This document shows, in pieces, positions 48,324 through 59,180 of a stretch of DNA of 64,000 bases; the stretch's first letter is position 1, and each line of letters starts with the position of its first letter. A program made the translations under genes and the position numbers. This DNA is from an uncultured Actinomycetota bacterium (GTDB lineage Bacteria > Actinomycetota > Actinomycetes > Streptosporangiales > Streptosporangiaceae): the NCBI GenBank assembly GCA_963711055.1, contig CAVQCR010000013.1, positions 1,248-65,247 of the forward strand, read 5' to 3'. The notes below the pieces were generated by a model. It had not been told where the DNA came from, made no database searches, and was given only the letters and a program-made list of their open reading frames with translations.

Positions 48324-49409
48324 TTAGCCGGCGCCCGGCCCGCTGGCTCGGCTAGCCGCCTGGAAGTCGACTGCGCTGTAGGCACTGAGCTTCCACAGCT
48401 GGTGCTCGCTGTGGATTTTCCGCACCGTGCCGGACCTGGCCCGCATCACTAGTGAGTCAGTGGTCGCGCCGCCAGACCGGTACCTGACCCCGGCGAGGAG
48501 ATCGCCATCGGTGATCCCGGTCGCTGCGAAGAACGCGTCATCGGACGCCACCAGGTCGTCGGTGTCCAGCACCCGGCCCAGGTCGTGGCCGGCGTCGATG
48601 GCCTTGGCGCGCTCGGCATCGTCGCGGGGTGCCAGCTTGCCCAGGATCACGCCACCGAGGCACTTCACCGCGCACGCCGCGATGATGCCTTCAGGCGTAC
48701 CGCCGATACCCAGCAGCAGGTCGATGCCGGTTCCCTCGCTGGCTGCCAGGATCGCGCCGGCGACGTCGCCGTCGGTGAGCAGCTTGATCCGGGCACCGGC
48801 CTCGCGTACCTCGCGGATTAGCTCGGCATGCCGCGGCCGGTCCAGGATCACGACGGTCACATCGGACGGCGAGCAGCTCTTGGCCCTGGCAACAGCTGAG
48901 ATGTTCGCAGCCGGCGGGGCGTCCAGGTCCACGACGCTGGCCGCCTCGGGGCCTGTTACTAGCTTGGACATGTAGTAAACGGCGGAAGGGTCGTACATCG
49001 AGCCGCGCGCACTGACGGCGAGCACGGAAATCGCGTTGGGCATGCCGTTGGCCGTGAGCCTGGTCCCGTCGATCGGGTCGACGGCCACGTCACACAGCGC
49101 CCCGCTGCCGTCGCCGACGTGCTCGCCGTTGTACAGCATCGGCGCCCGATCCTTCTCGCCCTCGCCGATGACCACGATGCCGTTCATCGAGACGGTATTG
49201 ATGAGCTGGCGCATCGCGTTGACTGCGGCCGCGTCGGCGCCGTTCTTGTCACCGCGGCCTACCCAGCGGGCCGAGGCCATCGCCCCGGCCTCCGTCACCC
49301 TGGCGAGCTCGAGCGCCAGGTTGCGGTCCGGCGCGTGGCGGCCTGGGGCGGGCGTGGCCATCGCCGCCTCGGCCGGTGAGCCCCTGGCCGCTGCCTGATC
49401 CTCACCCAT
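48324..49409 (-). CDS. glpX: Class II fructose-1,6-bisphosphatase
   Basis: [33 protein letters not shown] and [17 protein letters not shown]. Start set at the Met preceded by GGGAAGG. Confidence 0.9.
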   Translation of the reverse strand: MGEDQAAARGSPAEAAMATPAPGRHAPDRNLALELARVTEAGAMASARWVGRGDKNGADAAAVNAMRQLINTVSMNGIVVIGEGEKDRAPMLYNGEHVGDGSGALCDVAVDPIDGTRLTANGMPNAISVLAVSARGSMYDPSAVYYMSKLVTGPEAASVVDLDAPPAANISAVARAKSCSPSDVTVVILDRPRHAELIREVREAGARIKLLTDGDVAGAILAASEGTGIDLLLGIGGTPEGIIAACAVKCLGGVILGKLAPRDDAERAKAIDAGHDLGRVLDTDDLVASDDAFFAATGITDGDLLAGVRYRSGGATTDSLVMRARSGTVRKIHSEHQLWKLSAYSAVDFQAASRASGPGAG

Positions 49410-49516
49410 GACCGCTGCACCTTCCCTGTTGGCTGGCGTTGGTGGAATCCTATGTAGCACGTGGGCCAGCTGGCCGACCGCCCTGTGACGGGCTCGTTCG
49501 AGAACGCCGGATTCAG

Positions 49517-50248
49517 ATGCCCCATCCCGTGACAACCGAGCCCAGTACGGCCGACAGCAGTACGGCCGACAGCAGTACGGCCGACAGCAGTACGGCCGAC
49601 AGCAGTACGGCCGACAGGAGCCCTGCTGATGAGAAGCGGGTGCCTGCCGCCCGCAACCCTGAGCGGGGCAGCTCTGAGCGCGGGGCCTCGACCAGAAGCG
49701 TGCTGCTGGCGGCAGCGCGCGAGGTCTTCATCCTGGAGGGCTACGCGCAGGCCGGCGTCACCGATATCGTCGCGCTGGCAGGCGCGAGCGTCGGTAGTCT
49801 TTATCACCATTTCGCGGGCAAGGCAGAGTTGTACCTGGCGCTCTTCAGCGAACTTAATGACGAGCTTGACGCCAGGACCCGCAGCGCGGTTCGCGCCAGC
49901 CGCGCGGCCGGCGTTACCGATCCCATGGAGCTCTTCGTTGCTGGCGCGCACGGTTACCTTGAGGTCTGCATCGAGCAGCGCGAGCTTTCCGCGATGTTCG
50001 CGCGGGGCGACGGGCCGCCGGGATTCGACTTGCTAGCGAGGCGCCGGCTGGTCGCGTGGGTCGCCAAGAACAGCGAGTTCTTCGCGCGCAGTGGCGAGCC
50101 GCTTGATGAGGCAGTTGCCGTCGTCATGACCGGGGCGATGCTGCTCGCCAGCGCCGAGGTGTCACAGGCGGCCGATGCCAGCCGGGCGCGTCAACTGGCT
50201 GATGGCGTCATTCAGGTGCTGTCCAGGCTGCACGTGCGGTCTGGCTGA
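49517..50248 (+). CDS. TetR family regulator with an N-terminal (STADS)x5 repeat tail
   Basis: [36 protein letters not shown]-terminal tail [35 protein letters not shown]. Confidence 0.85.
   Translation: MPHPVTTEPSTADSSTADSSTADSSTADSSTADRSPADEKRVPAARNPERGSSERGASTRSVLLAAAREVFILEGYAQAGVTDIVALAGASVGSLYHHFAGKAELYLALFSELNDELDARTRSAVRASRAAGVTDPMELFVAGAHGYLEVCIEQRELSAMFARGDGPPGFDLLARRRLVAWVAKNSEFFARSGEPLDEAVAVVMTGAMLLASAEVSQAADASRARQLADGVIQVLSRLHVRSG
49544..49618. repeat. 15-bp tandem repeat AGTACGGCCGACAGC x5 (last unit ends in G)
   Basis: Read directly. In frame within the TetR N-terminal tail. Confidence 0.9.
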
Positions 50249-50253
50249 GCGGC

Positions 50254-50559
50254 TCAGAACGGGGCTCCGGGCGCGGGCTCCTGGTGCTGCTGGGCCATTG
50301 CCGTGGCGAGCCTGGCACGTGCGCCCTCGAGCCATTCCTCGCAGATCGCCGCCAGCTGCTCGCCCCGCTCCCAGAGCTGCAAAGACTGCTCGAGCGTCAG
50401 GCCGCCCGCCTCCAAGCGCTTGACCAGCTCGGTCAGTTCATCCCTGGCCTGCTCATAAGCGGGACGCTGCGGATCGCCGCCAGCTAGCCCCGGCTCTCGC
50501 CCGGCCGAAGCCGACGGGCTCTTGCCGGGCTTCGCGCCTCCGTCGCTCGCAGTTGTCAC
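50254..50559 (-). CDS. xseB: Exodeoxyribonuclease VII small subunit
   Basis: YEQARDELTELVKRLEAGGLTLEQSLQLWERGEQLAAICEEWL. GTG start chosen at 50559; the upstream ORF extension is not protein-like. Confidence 0.8.
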   Translation of the reverse strand: MTTASDGGAKPGKSPSASAGREPGLAGGDPQRPAYEQARDELTELVKRLEAGGLTLEQSLQLWERGEQLAAICEEWLEGARARLATAMAQQHQEPAPGAPF

Positions 50560-50570
50560 GATCGCCAGCC

Positions 50571-50919
50571 TAACTGGACGCGGCGGTAACGGATTAGCCG
50601 CGCTTGTCCGATGAACGTATGCCGGGCGCCCCCGTCCGGTACTGCCGAAGGGACCGTGATGTGCAGCTCCGATCATCCCGGCGTCCGGCGCTCTTGCGCA
50701 CTCTCGCTGCGCACTGCATGCAATGCGCGGCCTACCACGTGGCTGCAACGCCGTGAGTTGGCGTGGCTCACGGCGACCGTTCCAAGCTCGCTCTGTGCGG
50801 TCAACACGCGCTGCCGGGTGCCACGCACCCGGCCCGGTTACCTGGCCGAGCTGGGCGACTGCTGGTACCGGCCGCCGTCGAGCTGGCGGCTAGGCGGCCC
50901 GCGCAAGTAACTGGACGCG
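50571..50919. repeat. 12-bp direct repeat TAACTGGACGCG at 50571-50582 and 50908-50919, bracketing 325 nt (337-bp period) of noncoding DNA between xseA and xseB
   Basis: Both copies read directly. No convincing ORF in between. Confidence 0.5.
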
Positions 50920-50949
50920 ACGCGTGCGCCAACGTCAATGGGAACCGTG

Positions 50950-52158
50950 CTACGCACTCCCGCGCGCGGTGACCTGGAGGTGGTCGTCGGCGAACCGCAG
51001 GTCGAGCACCTCACCGTCGGACACCTCGGCGGCGGCCCGCACGACTCTCGCATCGGCGTGCTGCACGATCGCGTAGCCGCGGCGCAAGGTAGCCGCGGGC
51101 GACAGGCTTACCAGCCTGGCCCTGACGTGCGCAAGGTCGTCGTCCGCCCGGTCCAGCCCGGCGGCGACGGTCAGCCTGGCCCGCTCGGCCAGGCCGAGGA
51201 TCTGTTCGAGCTGCCGGTCGATCTCGCGCAGCGGGCTGGCGACCGCTGGTCTTGACCGGATAGCGCTCAGCCAGGAACTCTCCCGGTCGAGCCGGCCAGC
51301 CAGAGCCCGGCGCGCCCGCATCCGCAGCTCACCGATCAGCCCGAGCTGCTCGGCCACGTCGGGCACGGCCCGGCGCGCCGCGTCGGTCGGCGTTGAGGCG
51401 CGGACATCCGCGACGAGGTCCAGCAACGGCACATCCTGCTCGTGACCGATAGCGCTAATGACCGGCGTGACACAGGCGGCCACCGCGCGGACGAGGTCCT
51501 CGTCGGAAAACGGCAGCAAGTCCTCGATCGATCCGCCGCCGCGCGCGATGATGATCACCTCAACCGCCCGGTCGGCATCGAGCCGGTGCAGCGCGTCGAT
51601 GATTTCCTCGGTGGCGTGCGGACCCTGCACGGCGACCTGCTCGACCCGGAATCGAACTGCTGGCCAGCGCCGGGCCGCATTGCGGAGCACATCGCGTTCG
51701 GCAGCCGAATCGCGGCCGCAGATCAAGCCGACGCCGACCGGCAGGAAGGGCAGCTTTCTCTTCCGCGCGGCGGAAAACAGGCCCTCGGCGGCCAGTGCCG
51801 CACGGCGCCGCTCCAGCCTGGCCAGCAACTCTCCGATGCCGACTGCCTTGATGTGGGTTGCGGTCAGCGCGAACGACCCCTTGGCGGAATTGAACTCGGG
51901 CTTTGCCCAGACCACGACGCGCGCGCCTTCAGCCGGCGCCGGATCGGTGGCGTCCAGTACGGCCGCAGCGCAGATAACGCGGACCGACACCGCGGCTACC
52001 GGATCTCGCAGCGTGAGGAAGACCGTGCCGCCTCGCCTTGTCAGCTCCGCGATCTGGCCCTCGACCCACACTCGGCCGAGGCGCCCGATCCAGTCACCGA
52101 CGAGCCGCAGCACCGTTCGGACTGGAACGGGTGCCTGCTCTGAGGTCTCAAGCGGCAT
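50950..52158 (-). CDS. xseA: Exodeoxyribonuclease VII large subunit
   Basis: N-terminal OB-fold region ([23 protein letters not shown]), catalytic region ([18 protein letters not shown]) and coiled-coil C-terminus. Confidence 0.9.
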   Translation of the reverse strand: MPLETSEQAPVPVRTVLRLVGDWIGRLGRVWVEGQIAELTRRGGTVFLTLRDPVAAVSVRVICAAAVLDATDPAPAEGARVVVWAKPEFNSAKGSFALTATHIKAVGIGELLARLERRRAALAAEGLFSAARKRKLPFLPVGVGLICGRDSAAERDVLRNAARRWPAVRFRVEQVAVQGPHATEEIIDALHRLDADRAVEVIIIARGGGSIEDLLPFSDEDLVRAVAACVTPVISAIGHEQDVPLLDLVADVRASTPTDAARRAVPDVAEQLGLIGELRMRARRALAGRLDRESSWLSAIRSRPAVASPLREIDRQLEQILGLAERARLTVAAGLDRADDDLAHVRARLVSLSPAATLRRGYAIVQHADARVVRAAAEVSDGEVLDLRFADDHLQVTARGSA

Positions 52159-52209
52159 GCCGGCCCTTGGTCATAACCGCCGCCGGCGACCAATGTGGCT
52201 GGGCTGCGC

Positions 52210-52746
52210 TCACCCGCCGCTCTCTACCTTCTCGATGCGCCGCTCCAGCATGCCGAGCACGTCGGGCCTCTCGGCATTCTTTCGCTCATAATCGGCCAGC
52301 ACTTTCAGCTGATCCGTACTCAGCGTGCGCAGGCGGGCGCGGATCGACGCGAGTGACAGATTGTCGTAGTCGGCCAGCGGCAGCGCTCGGGAGGTGGTAG
52401 CGGGCGCGGCATCGATCACGATGGGGCCGCCGGTCCCAGCGCGCTCGGATAGCTCGGGCAGGCTGTCGTTGTAGATCTCGTCGGCGGTGAGCAGCCGTAC
52501 GTTGCCGGTCTCATCGAGCGAGCGCCACCGGGATTCAGCAGCCGGTCGGCTTGGCTCCGGCCGCTGCTGCGGGGCTGCCTGCCTGGGCGGCAAGGTCCCG
52601 GAGGTCCCGGTGTGGGGCTGCGGCCGCGCCGGGGTCGGGCCTGGTCGGTCGGCAGCGAGCAGGATCCGGCCGATCCCTGAGAACACGGCCCTAAGGGCCC
52701 CGGCCGGAGCCCGCTTGATCTGATCAGGGATCTGTGAAATGCCCAT
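52210..52746 (-). CDS. Conserved actinobacterial hypothetical protein (in the position of the gene between xseA and ispH in related genomes)
   Basis: Pro/Gln-rich centre and a helical C-terminus (LSLASIRARLRTLSTDQLKVLADYERKNAERPDVLGMLERRI). Confidence 0.65.
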   Translation of the reverse strand: MGISQIPDQIKRAPAGALRAVFSGIGRILLAADRPGPTPARPQPHTGTSGTLPPRQAAPQQRPEPSRPAAESRWRSLDETGNVRLLTADEIYNDSLPELSERAGTGGPIVIDAAPATTSRALPLADYDNLSLASIRARLRTLSTDQLKVLADYERKNAERPDVLGMLERRIEKVESGG

Positions 52747-52942
52747 AAGTGATCGGTCTCCTTTTGCACTGCGACGGGGTGCCAGCCGGAGCTAGCCTCG
52801 GAAGGCCGGCCACCGGGCGGCATTTCACCCTCGGGACATTGTCGCTGGCCTGAGGCGTCGCGCAAGCCGCGGCTGCCAATAATTAGCTCGGTGCGGCCAG
52901 CCGCCGGGTCAGGGCTCATCGGTGGTCGCCTAAAATGACCCC

Positions 52943-53905
52943 ATGCCTGATCAGTCCCGCCGAGTGCTGCTCGCCAAGCCCCGTGGCTATTGCGCTGGAG
53001 TTGACCGGGCTGTGCAAACTGTCGAGAAGGCACTGGAGCGCTTCGGCGCCCCCGTGTACGTGCGCAAACAAATCGTGCATAACACCCATGTCGTTCGTGC
53101 GCTCGAGGACCGGGGCGCGATCTTCGTGGAGGAGACAGAAGCTGTCCCGGAGGGCGCAGTGGTCGTGTTCTCCGCGCACGGGGTCTCGCCGGGGGTGCGC
53201 GAGGAGGCAAAAGAGCGCGGGCTGCGGACCATCGACGCGACGTGCCCGCTCGTGACGAAGGTGCATAATGAGGCCCGCCGGTTCGCGGCGCAGGACTACG
53301 ACATCCTGCTGATCGGCCACGAGGGTCACGAGGAAGTGGTCGGCACCACCGGCGAGGCGCCCGCCAACATCCAGCTCGTCGACGGGCCAGCCGGGGGCGA
53401 TTCGGTCGAGGTGCGCGACGGCTCGAAGGTCGCCTGGTTGTCCCAGACGACGCTCTCGGTAGACGAGACGCTCGAGACCGTTGCCGCGCTGCGCAAGCGC
53501 TTCCCGCTGCTGCTCGACCCGCCGAGCGACGACATCTGTTACGCGACGCAGAACCGGCAGCTTGCGGTCAAGCTGATCGCCGGGCAGTCCGATGTGGTAA
53601 TCGTCGTCGGTTCAACCAACTCATCCAACTCCGTCCGGCTGGTCGAGGTCGCCCGCGATGCGGGCGCCAGCGCCGCCTACCTGGTCGACGACGCGTCCGG
53701 GATCGATCAATCCTGGCTGGTCAATGCTGGCACTGTCGGCGTCACCAGCGGTGCTTCGGTCCCGGAGGACCTGGTGGACGGCGTGCTCGCCAAGCTGGCC
53801 GAGAGCGGTTACACCGACGTCGAGGAGATCGAGGCGGTTCCCGAGCGCATGCAGTTCGCTCTGCCACACGAGTTGCGGAAGCCTGTGGCCAGCCCGGAGG
53901 CCTAA
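52943..53905 (+). CDS. ispH: 4-hydroxy-3-methylbut-2-enyl diphosphate reductase
   Basis: [42 protein letters not shown] and ICYATQNRQ. Confidence 0.95.
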   Translation: MPDQSRRVLLAKPRGYCAGVDRAVQTVEKALERFGAPVYVRKQIVHNTHVVRALEDRGAIFVEETEAVPEGAVVVFSAHGVSPGVREEAKERGLRTIDATCPLVTKVHNEARRFAAQDYDILLIGHEGHEEVVGTTGEAPANIQLVDGPAGGDSVEVRDGSKVAWLSQTTLSVDETLETVAALRKRFPLLLDPPSDDICYATQNRQLAVKLIAGQSDVVIVVGSTNSSNSVRLVEVARDAGASAAYLVDDASGIDQSWLVNAGTVGVTSGASVPEDLVDGVLAKLAESGYTDVEEIEAVPERMQFALPHELRKPVASPEA

Positions 53906-53913
53906 CTGCTGAC

Positions 53914-53929
53914 CTGGTGCCGCCACCAG
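53914..53929. terminator. Short GC hairpin CTGGTG-ccgc-CACCAG in the 40-nt convergent gap; possible bidirectional terminator
   Basis: Seen directly. The stem is only 6 bp and there is no U-tract. Confidence 0.25.
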
Positions 53930-53945
53930 CATCGCTGGTCGCAGG

Positions 53946-55337
53946 TCATCCGGCCGCGCTGATTGCCCGTCCGCCACCGATGAGGTGCGGCGCGGTCGTG
54001 GGCTCGCGCGCAACCGCCGCCCTGCTCACCAGCTCAGGCCCGGTGTCAACGAAGAGCTCCGGCGCCGAGAGCGTGCGCACCGTTTCCTCAACCGGTCTGG
54101 GCGGTTCGAGCTCGCCCTCTACCAGGCCGAGCTCGTTCAGTTTGCGGGCACTCACCAGGACGCGGCTCTCGAGCGAGCCGACCGCCCTGTTATAGCTGGT
54201 CACCGCAGTAGTCAGTGCCTTGCCCAGGCCATCAACGTGCCTGCCAAGTCCGGCGATGCGCTCATAGAGCTCGCGACCAAGATCGAATACCGCGCGCGCG
54301 TTGTCTGAGAGCGCTTCCTGCTGCCATGCGTACTGGGCCGTGCGCAGCATGGTCACCAGTGTCGTCGGCGTCGCGATGTGCACCTTGTGGGTCATCGCGT
54401 ACTCAAGCAGCGCTGAGTCATGCTCAAGTGCTGGCGCCAGGAATGCCTCACCGGGAATGAAGAGGATGACGAACTCCGGAGACGGGCTGAGCGCCGCCCA
54501 GTACGCCTTGGCGGCGAGCCGGTCGACATGCTCCCGCAGATGACGCGCGTGGGCTCCGAGCCGCGCCTCCCGAATGTCCGCTGCGGAGGCCTCGGCAGCC
54601 TCCAGGTACGCGGCCAGCGACACCTTTGAGTCAACGACGATGTTCTTGCCGCCGGCGAGGCGGATAACCATGTCCGGGCGGAGTGCCCCGTCGGATGTCG
54701 TTACTCCTACCTGCTCGTCGAAGTCGCATTTGTTGCTCATGCCGGCCAGCTCAACCACCCGCCGGAGCTGCATCTCTCCCCAGCGGCCGCGTGCCTCGGG
54801 TCGGCGCAGGGCGGTGACCAGGGCCTGCGTCTGCGCGCGCAGCTGATCAGATGACTGGCGCGCGATTGCGACTTGCTCAGATAGCGCTGCATGCGACGAT
54901 CGACGGGCTGCCTCGGCCTCTCTGAGCTGGCTCTCCACCCTGGCCAGGGTGTCGCGCAGCGGCTGGACCAGTTGCTCGACGGCGGCCTTCCGGTTGTCGA
55001 GCTCGCCGGTGGCCTTTGCACCCGCCGCGCCGAGCCTGCCCTCGGCGATTTCGAGGAACGTTCTGGCGCTCTGGTCCAGCGCTTGCGCGGACAATGCCCG
55101 GAATCGATCCGCGAGCTGGCCATCGATCAGCTCGGCCTTCTCTCGCGCAGCGCGTTCCATCAGCGCCGCGCGGTCCTGCGCGGCCCGCGCGCGCTCGTCC
55201 GCGGCGCGAGCCTGACCCGTCAGGTCAGCGGCAACGTTAGCCAGCCGACCGCGGGCCAGCAGGTAGCCGATCGCGCCGCCGAGTGCGGCCCCGAGCGCGA
55301 GCCCTATGAGCAGCGAAGTCGCGTTCATACTCTGCAT
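53946..55337 (-). CDS. rmuC: DNA recombination protein RmuC
   Basis: N-terminal TM, long coiled coil and an RmuC nuclease-like C-terminus (MVIRLAGGKNIVVDSKVSL...FVILFIPGEAF). Confidence 0.9.
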   Translation of the reverse strand: MQSMNATSLLIGLALGAALGGAIGYLLARGRLANVAADLTGQARAADERARAAQDRAALMERAAREKAELIDGQLADRFRALSAQALDQSARTFLEIAEGRLGAAGAKATGELDNRKAAVEQLVQPLRDTLARVESQLREAEAARRSSHAALSEQVAIARQSSDQLRAQTQALVTALRRPEARGRWGEMQLRRVVELAGMSNKCDFDEQVGVTTSDGALRPDMVIRLAGGKNIVVDSKVSLAAYLEAAEASAADIREARLGAHARHLREHVDRLAAKAYWAALSPSPEFVILFIPGEAFLAPALEHDSALLEYAMTHKVHIATPTTLVTMLRTAQYAWQQEALSDNARAVFDLGRELYERIAGLGRHVDGLGKALTTAVTSYNRAVGSLESRVLVSARKLNELGLVEGELEPPRPVEETVRTLSAPELFVDTGPELVSRAAVAREPTTAPHLIGGGRAISAAG

Positions 55338-55392
55338 GCTGGCAGCCGGGGACGACAGTTCTCCGGTCCGACACGCCCACTAGACTTCACCG

Positions 55393-56487
55393 GTGAGCCT
55401 GTCCATCGGGATTGTCGGATTGCCCAACGTCGGCAAATCCACCCTGTTTAACGCGCTGACCCGCGCCAATGCCCTGGCCTCCAACTACCCGTTCGCGACA
55501 ATCGAGCCGAACGTCGGCATTGTCGGTATCCCCGATGCGCGGCTGGACGCGCTCTCCCGGCTGTATGACTCGGCCAGGATCGTGCCCGCAACTGTCCGGT
55601 TCGTCGACATCGCTGGCCTGGTCCGCGGCGCATCGGCCGGACAGGGGCTTGGCAACCAGTTTCTGTCGCATATCCGCGAGACCGACGCGATCTGCCAGGT
55701 CGTGCGAGTCTTTGACGACCCCGACGTCAGCCACGTGGACGGCGACGTCTCACCGGAGCGCGACATCGAGACGATCGCCACCGAGCTCATGCTGGCCGAT
55801 CTCCAGACGCTGGAGAAGGCGGTCCCGCGCCTGGTCAAGGAGGCCAGGTCCGCCAAAGACCCCGAGCGGACCCGGCTGGCCGATGCGGCAGAGCGGGCAC
55901 AGCAGGTGCTTGACGGCGGCACAACCCTTTTCGCCGGGGCGGCGGTCGCCGGGATAGACCTGACCAACCTGCGTGAACTGCAGCTGCTCACGGCCAAGCC
56001 GTTCCTCTATGTATTCAATGAAGACGATTCTGAGTTGCAGGATGAGCAGCTCAGGAAGCGGCTGGCCGCGCTGGTCGCGCCGGCCGAGTCGGTCTTCCTC
56101 GACGCGAAGACCGAGGCCGAACTCGCCGAGCTGTCGCCGGAGGACGCCGCCGAAATGCTGGCCGAGCTGGGCCTGGGGGAGCCGGGCCTGGCGCAGCTGG
56201 CGCGGGCCGGGTTCGCCGCGCTCAAGCTCTCGACGTTCCTGACCGCGGGTCCCAAGGAGGCACGGGCGTGGACGATTCCGGTCGGCGCAACCGCCCCGCA
56301 GGCGGCTGGCGTGATCCATTCCGACTTCCAGCGAAAGTTCATCAAGGCTGAGGTCGTGTCTTTCGACGACCTGATGGCCGCCGGGTCCATTGTCGCGGCG
56401 CGAGCAGCGGGCAAGGCCCGGATCGAAGGCAAGGATTACGTCATGCGCGACGGCGACGTCGTCGAATTCCGTCATGGAAGCGGATGA
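55393..56487 (+). CDS. ychF: Redox-regulated ATPase YchF
   Basis: IGIVGLPNVGKSTLFNALT, DIAGLVRGAS and a C-terminal TGS-like domain (GKDYVMRDGDVVEFR). Confidence 0.95.
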   Translation: MSLSIGIVGLPNVGKSTLFNALTRANALASNYPFATIEPNVGIVGIPDARLDALSRLYDSARIVPATVRFVDIAGLVRGASAGQGLGNQFLSHIRETDAICQVVRVFDDPDVSHVDGDVSPERDIETIATELMLADLQTLEKAVPRLVKEARSAKDPERTRLADAAERAQQVLDGGTTLFAGAAVAGIDLTNLRELQLLTAKPFLYVFNEDDSELQDEQLRKRLAALVAPAESVFLDAKTEAELAELSPEDAAEMLAELGLGEPGLAQLARAGFAALKLSTFLTAGPKEARAWTIPVGATAPQAAGVIHSDFQRKFIKAEVVSFDDLMAAGSIVAARAAGKARIEGKDYVMRDGDVVEFRHGSG

Positions 56488-56893
56488 CGAGCACGGCCGC
56501 CGGGCGGATGCCCTGCGGATGATGTCCTCGATCTCGCTCACGCGAGAGCGCACTTAGCCGCGAACCCGGTTCCGCTCCAGGATGGTCCGCCGCGCGAAGC
56601 ACAGCGGCAAAGCGCGGATCCGGGTCACCAGCACCCGGAAAGCTGCTGGCACGCAACCTGAACCGTGAATGCGCATGATCCGTCGTACCCCTACACCGGC
56701 GTCGTGGACTATCCAGCGCTTCCCGTCCTGGTTACGCGGTCTAGCTTTGCGTCATGGCAGCGCCGGATGACCTTGACAACCGTCTTGACTATTTCGTCAC
56801 GAAGCGTTGACTCTGCCGCGAATCGGACTACGGTCAGAATGCGCTAGGGAGACTTTCGACCAAGTCCGGACAATCAGGCACGGGGAGGCCTCG

Positions 56894-57739
56894 TTGAAAC
56901 CTGCACGCTCTCTTACCGCCCTGTCCGTCCTCGCGATAGCGATGGCGTTCGTTCCGGCGTTAAGTGCGTCGGCCAGTACTGGCAGCGGCCGCAGTCCGTC
57001 CGCCGGCGCGCCGACGCAGTTCGCATCAGCATCGGTGAGCCAGACGGCCCACGCCGTGCCGATCTCCGCTCGGGCCGCGGCGAAAGCCGACTCGGGCAGC
57101 GGCTTCGCCTGCATCATCGACGTCAAGAGAAGGAAAACCGTGCAGGCCTACCAGCCGCTCAACCTCGAACGCAGTGGCAACTCCTATGAGTACCACTGGC
57201 TCCTGTCGCCGTACTCGGTGCGCCACGCCCGCAGACTGAACGGCCGTCAGTGGACCTTCCAGGTCGAGACGTGCGGGACCGGCGGCGGGCACACCTGGAA
57301 CCACTGGCATCAGTACTTCGACGGGCAGGGGCAGATGCTGGAGTACCGAGCCGATCACATGATCGGCTGGAAGTGGGCCAGCGCGGTCAAGCAGGGCACC
57401 GTCTCGGCGTCGCTGAACTTCCAGGTCAACGTCGGCGTGGTCACCATCGGCGGCAGCACCAACGTGGCGAATTACGGCACTCACTCGGGCACCACCGGCA
57501 AGGACCCGAACGTGAGCTGGCCTAAGCGCTGGCGCAAGTACAATGCAAATCGGATCAACGAGTTCTACATGTCGCCGCACACCTTCAAGTTCAACGGCAC
57601 CGGCTCGGAGGAAGGCAACGTGGGCCACTCGCTGTATGAATTCAACACCGCCGGCACGGTGAACTTCACCTACGGAGCGTCACCGACGATCCTGGCGCTC
57701 TGCGCCGCTCTACTGGACAATTGCCCGAAATTCAATTGA
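56894..57739 (+). CDS. Secreted protein of unknown function, Trp/Asn/Tyr/His-rich
   Basis: TTG start after GGGGAGG. Signal peptide LTALSVLAIAMAFVPALSASA. No motif recognised. Visibly lower GC than its neighbours. Confidence 0.65.
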   Translation: MKPARSLTALSVLAIAMAFVPALSASASTGSGRSPSAGAPTQFASASVSQTAHAVPISARAAAKADSGSGFACIIDVKRRKTVQAYQPLNLERSGNSYEYHWLLSPYSVRHARRLNGRQWTFQVETCGTGGGHTWNHWHQYFDGQGQMLEYRADHMIGWKWASAVKQGTVSASLNFQVNVGVVTIGGSTNVANYGTHSGTTGKDPNVSWPKRWRKYNANRINEFYMSPHTFKFNGTGSEEGNVGHSLYEFNTAGTVNFTYGASPTILALCAALLDNCPKFN

Positions 57740-57752
57740 GGGCGGACCGCCG

Positions 57753-58701
57753 GTGACCCGCCGGGCTGCCCGCGTCCTGGCCGCGTGCGCCCTGGCCTCC
57801 GTCCTGGCGTCGTGCACCGGGGCCGGCGGCCATGCCGCCGGCCCTCGTGGCCGGTCGCTGCCGCCGGGGGCGGCACGGCTGCTGGGACAGGGGTCGCTGT
57901 ACCTGCTGGCGGGGCCCAGTCCGTATTCGGCGAACCTGTGGCGGGTCGACCTGCCGTCCGGCCGGAGCAGCCAGCTGACGCACAACCCGCCGCAGGACGG
58001 GGTGTCAAACTTCGACGCCTCCCCGGCCGGGCTGGTGATGGGCGACGCGCGCAGCAGCGTGGACGTGCTGGACGCCCTGGAGCACCGGAAGGTGGTGCAG
58101 ATCGGCGACGGCGTCGGCGACGGGCCGGTGATCAGCGCGTCCGGGCAGATCGCGTACGAGATTGATGCCGCGCCGCCGTACAAGGGGCCGTGGACGTACT
58201 ACCGGATCGTGCTGCGCGACGGCATCACCGGGCCGCCGCGCACGATCTACGCCGGAACGCCGCTACGGCAACCTCGGGCTCGTGAACTGGTCTCCCGACG
58301 GCGCCGACATCATGATCAGCCAGGGACCGGACAGCGGGCGGTACGATGCGCTGCTGATCATCAACCCGGCCGGCCGGGTCGTCCGCCAGCTGCCCGAGGT
58401 GCGACCAAATCCCGACAACCTGGTGTGGGGCCCGGACGGCCTGGCGGTCGGCAACGGACTCTTCCACTCCGGGCCGAACGAGGTGCTGAGCCTGTCCGGC
58501 CGGGTGAGGTACACGGTGCCAGGCGGCTGGGTGCCGATGTGCTGGAACCCGGCCGGCAACGCGATGATCGCTTTCCGCGCCCCGCATGAGATCGGGCTGT
58601 GGCGGCTGGCCAGGCCCGGGACGGTGCGGGCCCTTGGCCCGCTGCCAATCGGCGGCCTGCTGGAATGCCGCTGGTTGTCCCGACCCGCGGCCGGAACCTG
58701 A
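57753..58701 (+). pseudogene. Lipoprotein with TolB-like beta-propeller repeats, frameshift near 58245-58265
   Basis: Lipobox LASC. First frame reads ...PRTIYAGTPL. Second frame reads RYGNLGLVNWSPDGADIMISQGPDSG...LVWGPDGLAV. Confidence 0.65.
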
Positions 58702-58875
58702 TCAAGAGCAACCCGTGGAATTCCCTGACGGGGTATCCCTGGGCACCCCCTCAGCCTCCCGGTCGTCCCGTGATTTCTTCCCCCCTCGGCGTGCTGTGGC
58801 ATGCGCTGGTGTTCAGCCCGAGCCTTCTCACAAACCAAGCGCATCCCATATGTGTCGTCTTGGTTAGGATCGCGA

Positions 58876-59043
58876 GATGCGGATCTTCCTGCAGACGGAT
58901 CGACTGACTCTGCGCCGTTTCATCGAGGCAGACGAGGACAACTGTTCGAGCTGAACAGTGACCCGGAGGTCATGCGGTTCCTCACGCTCGGGAGTCGAGC
59001 AGGAACGGGCCAGGAACTGCAGTTTAGGTGTCACATGAGTTGA
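58876..59043 (+). pseudogene. GNAT (RimJ/RimL-like) N-terminal remnant, frameshifted and truncated
   Basis: MRIFLQTDRLTLRRFIEADEDN then, after a 1-nt slip, FELNSDPEVMRFLT. Ends after about 55 codons. Confidence 0.5.
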
Positions 59044-59180
59044 CACATGTGGTCAGCGTCGTTGCAGAGCGTCCGCACGCCTGTGTGCGCTGGCCATCTA
59101 TGTGCGGTGGCGGGGATATCACATTCGCGGTCCGGGCGGTGTCTTCATGTCAAACAGGCAATCGTCTAAGGAGGCCTCCC

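Noticed and set aside
50611-50910. 99-aa ORF in the xseA-xseB gap
   Set aside because: It has no SD, a Cys/Arg/Trp-rich improbable composition and no motif. It lies opposite to the flanking operon.
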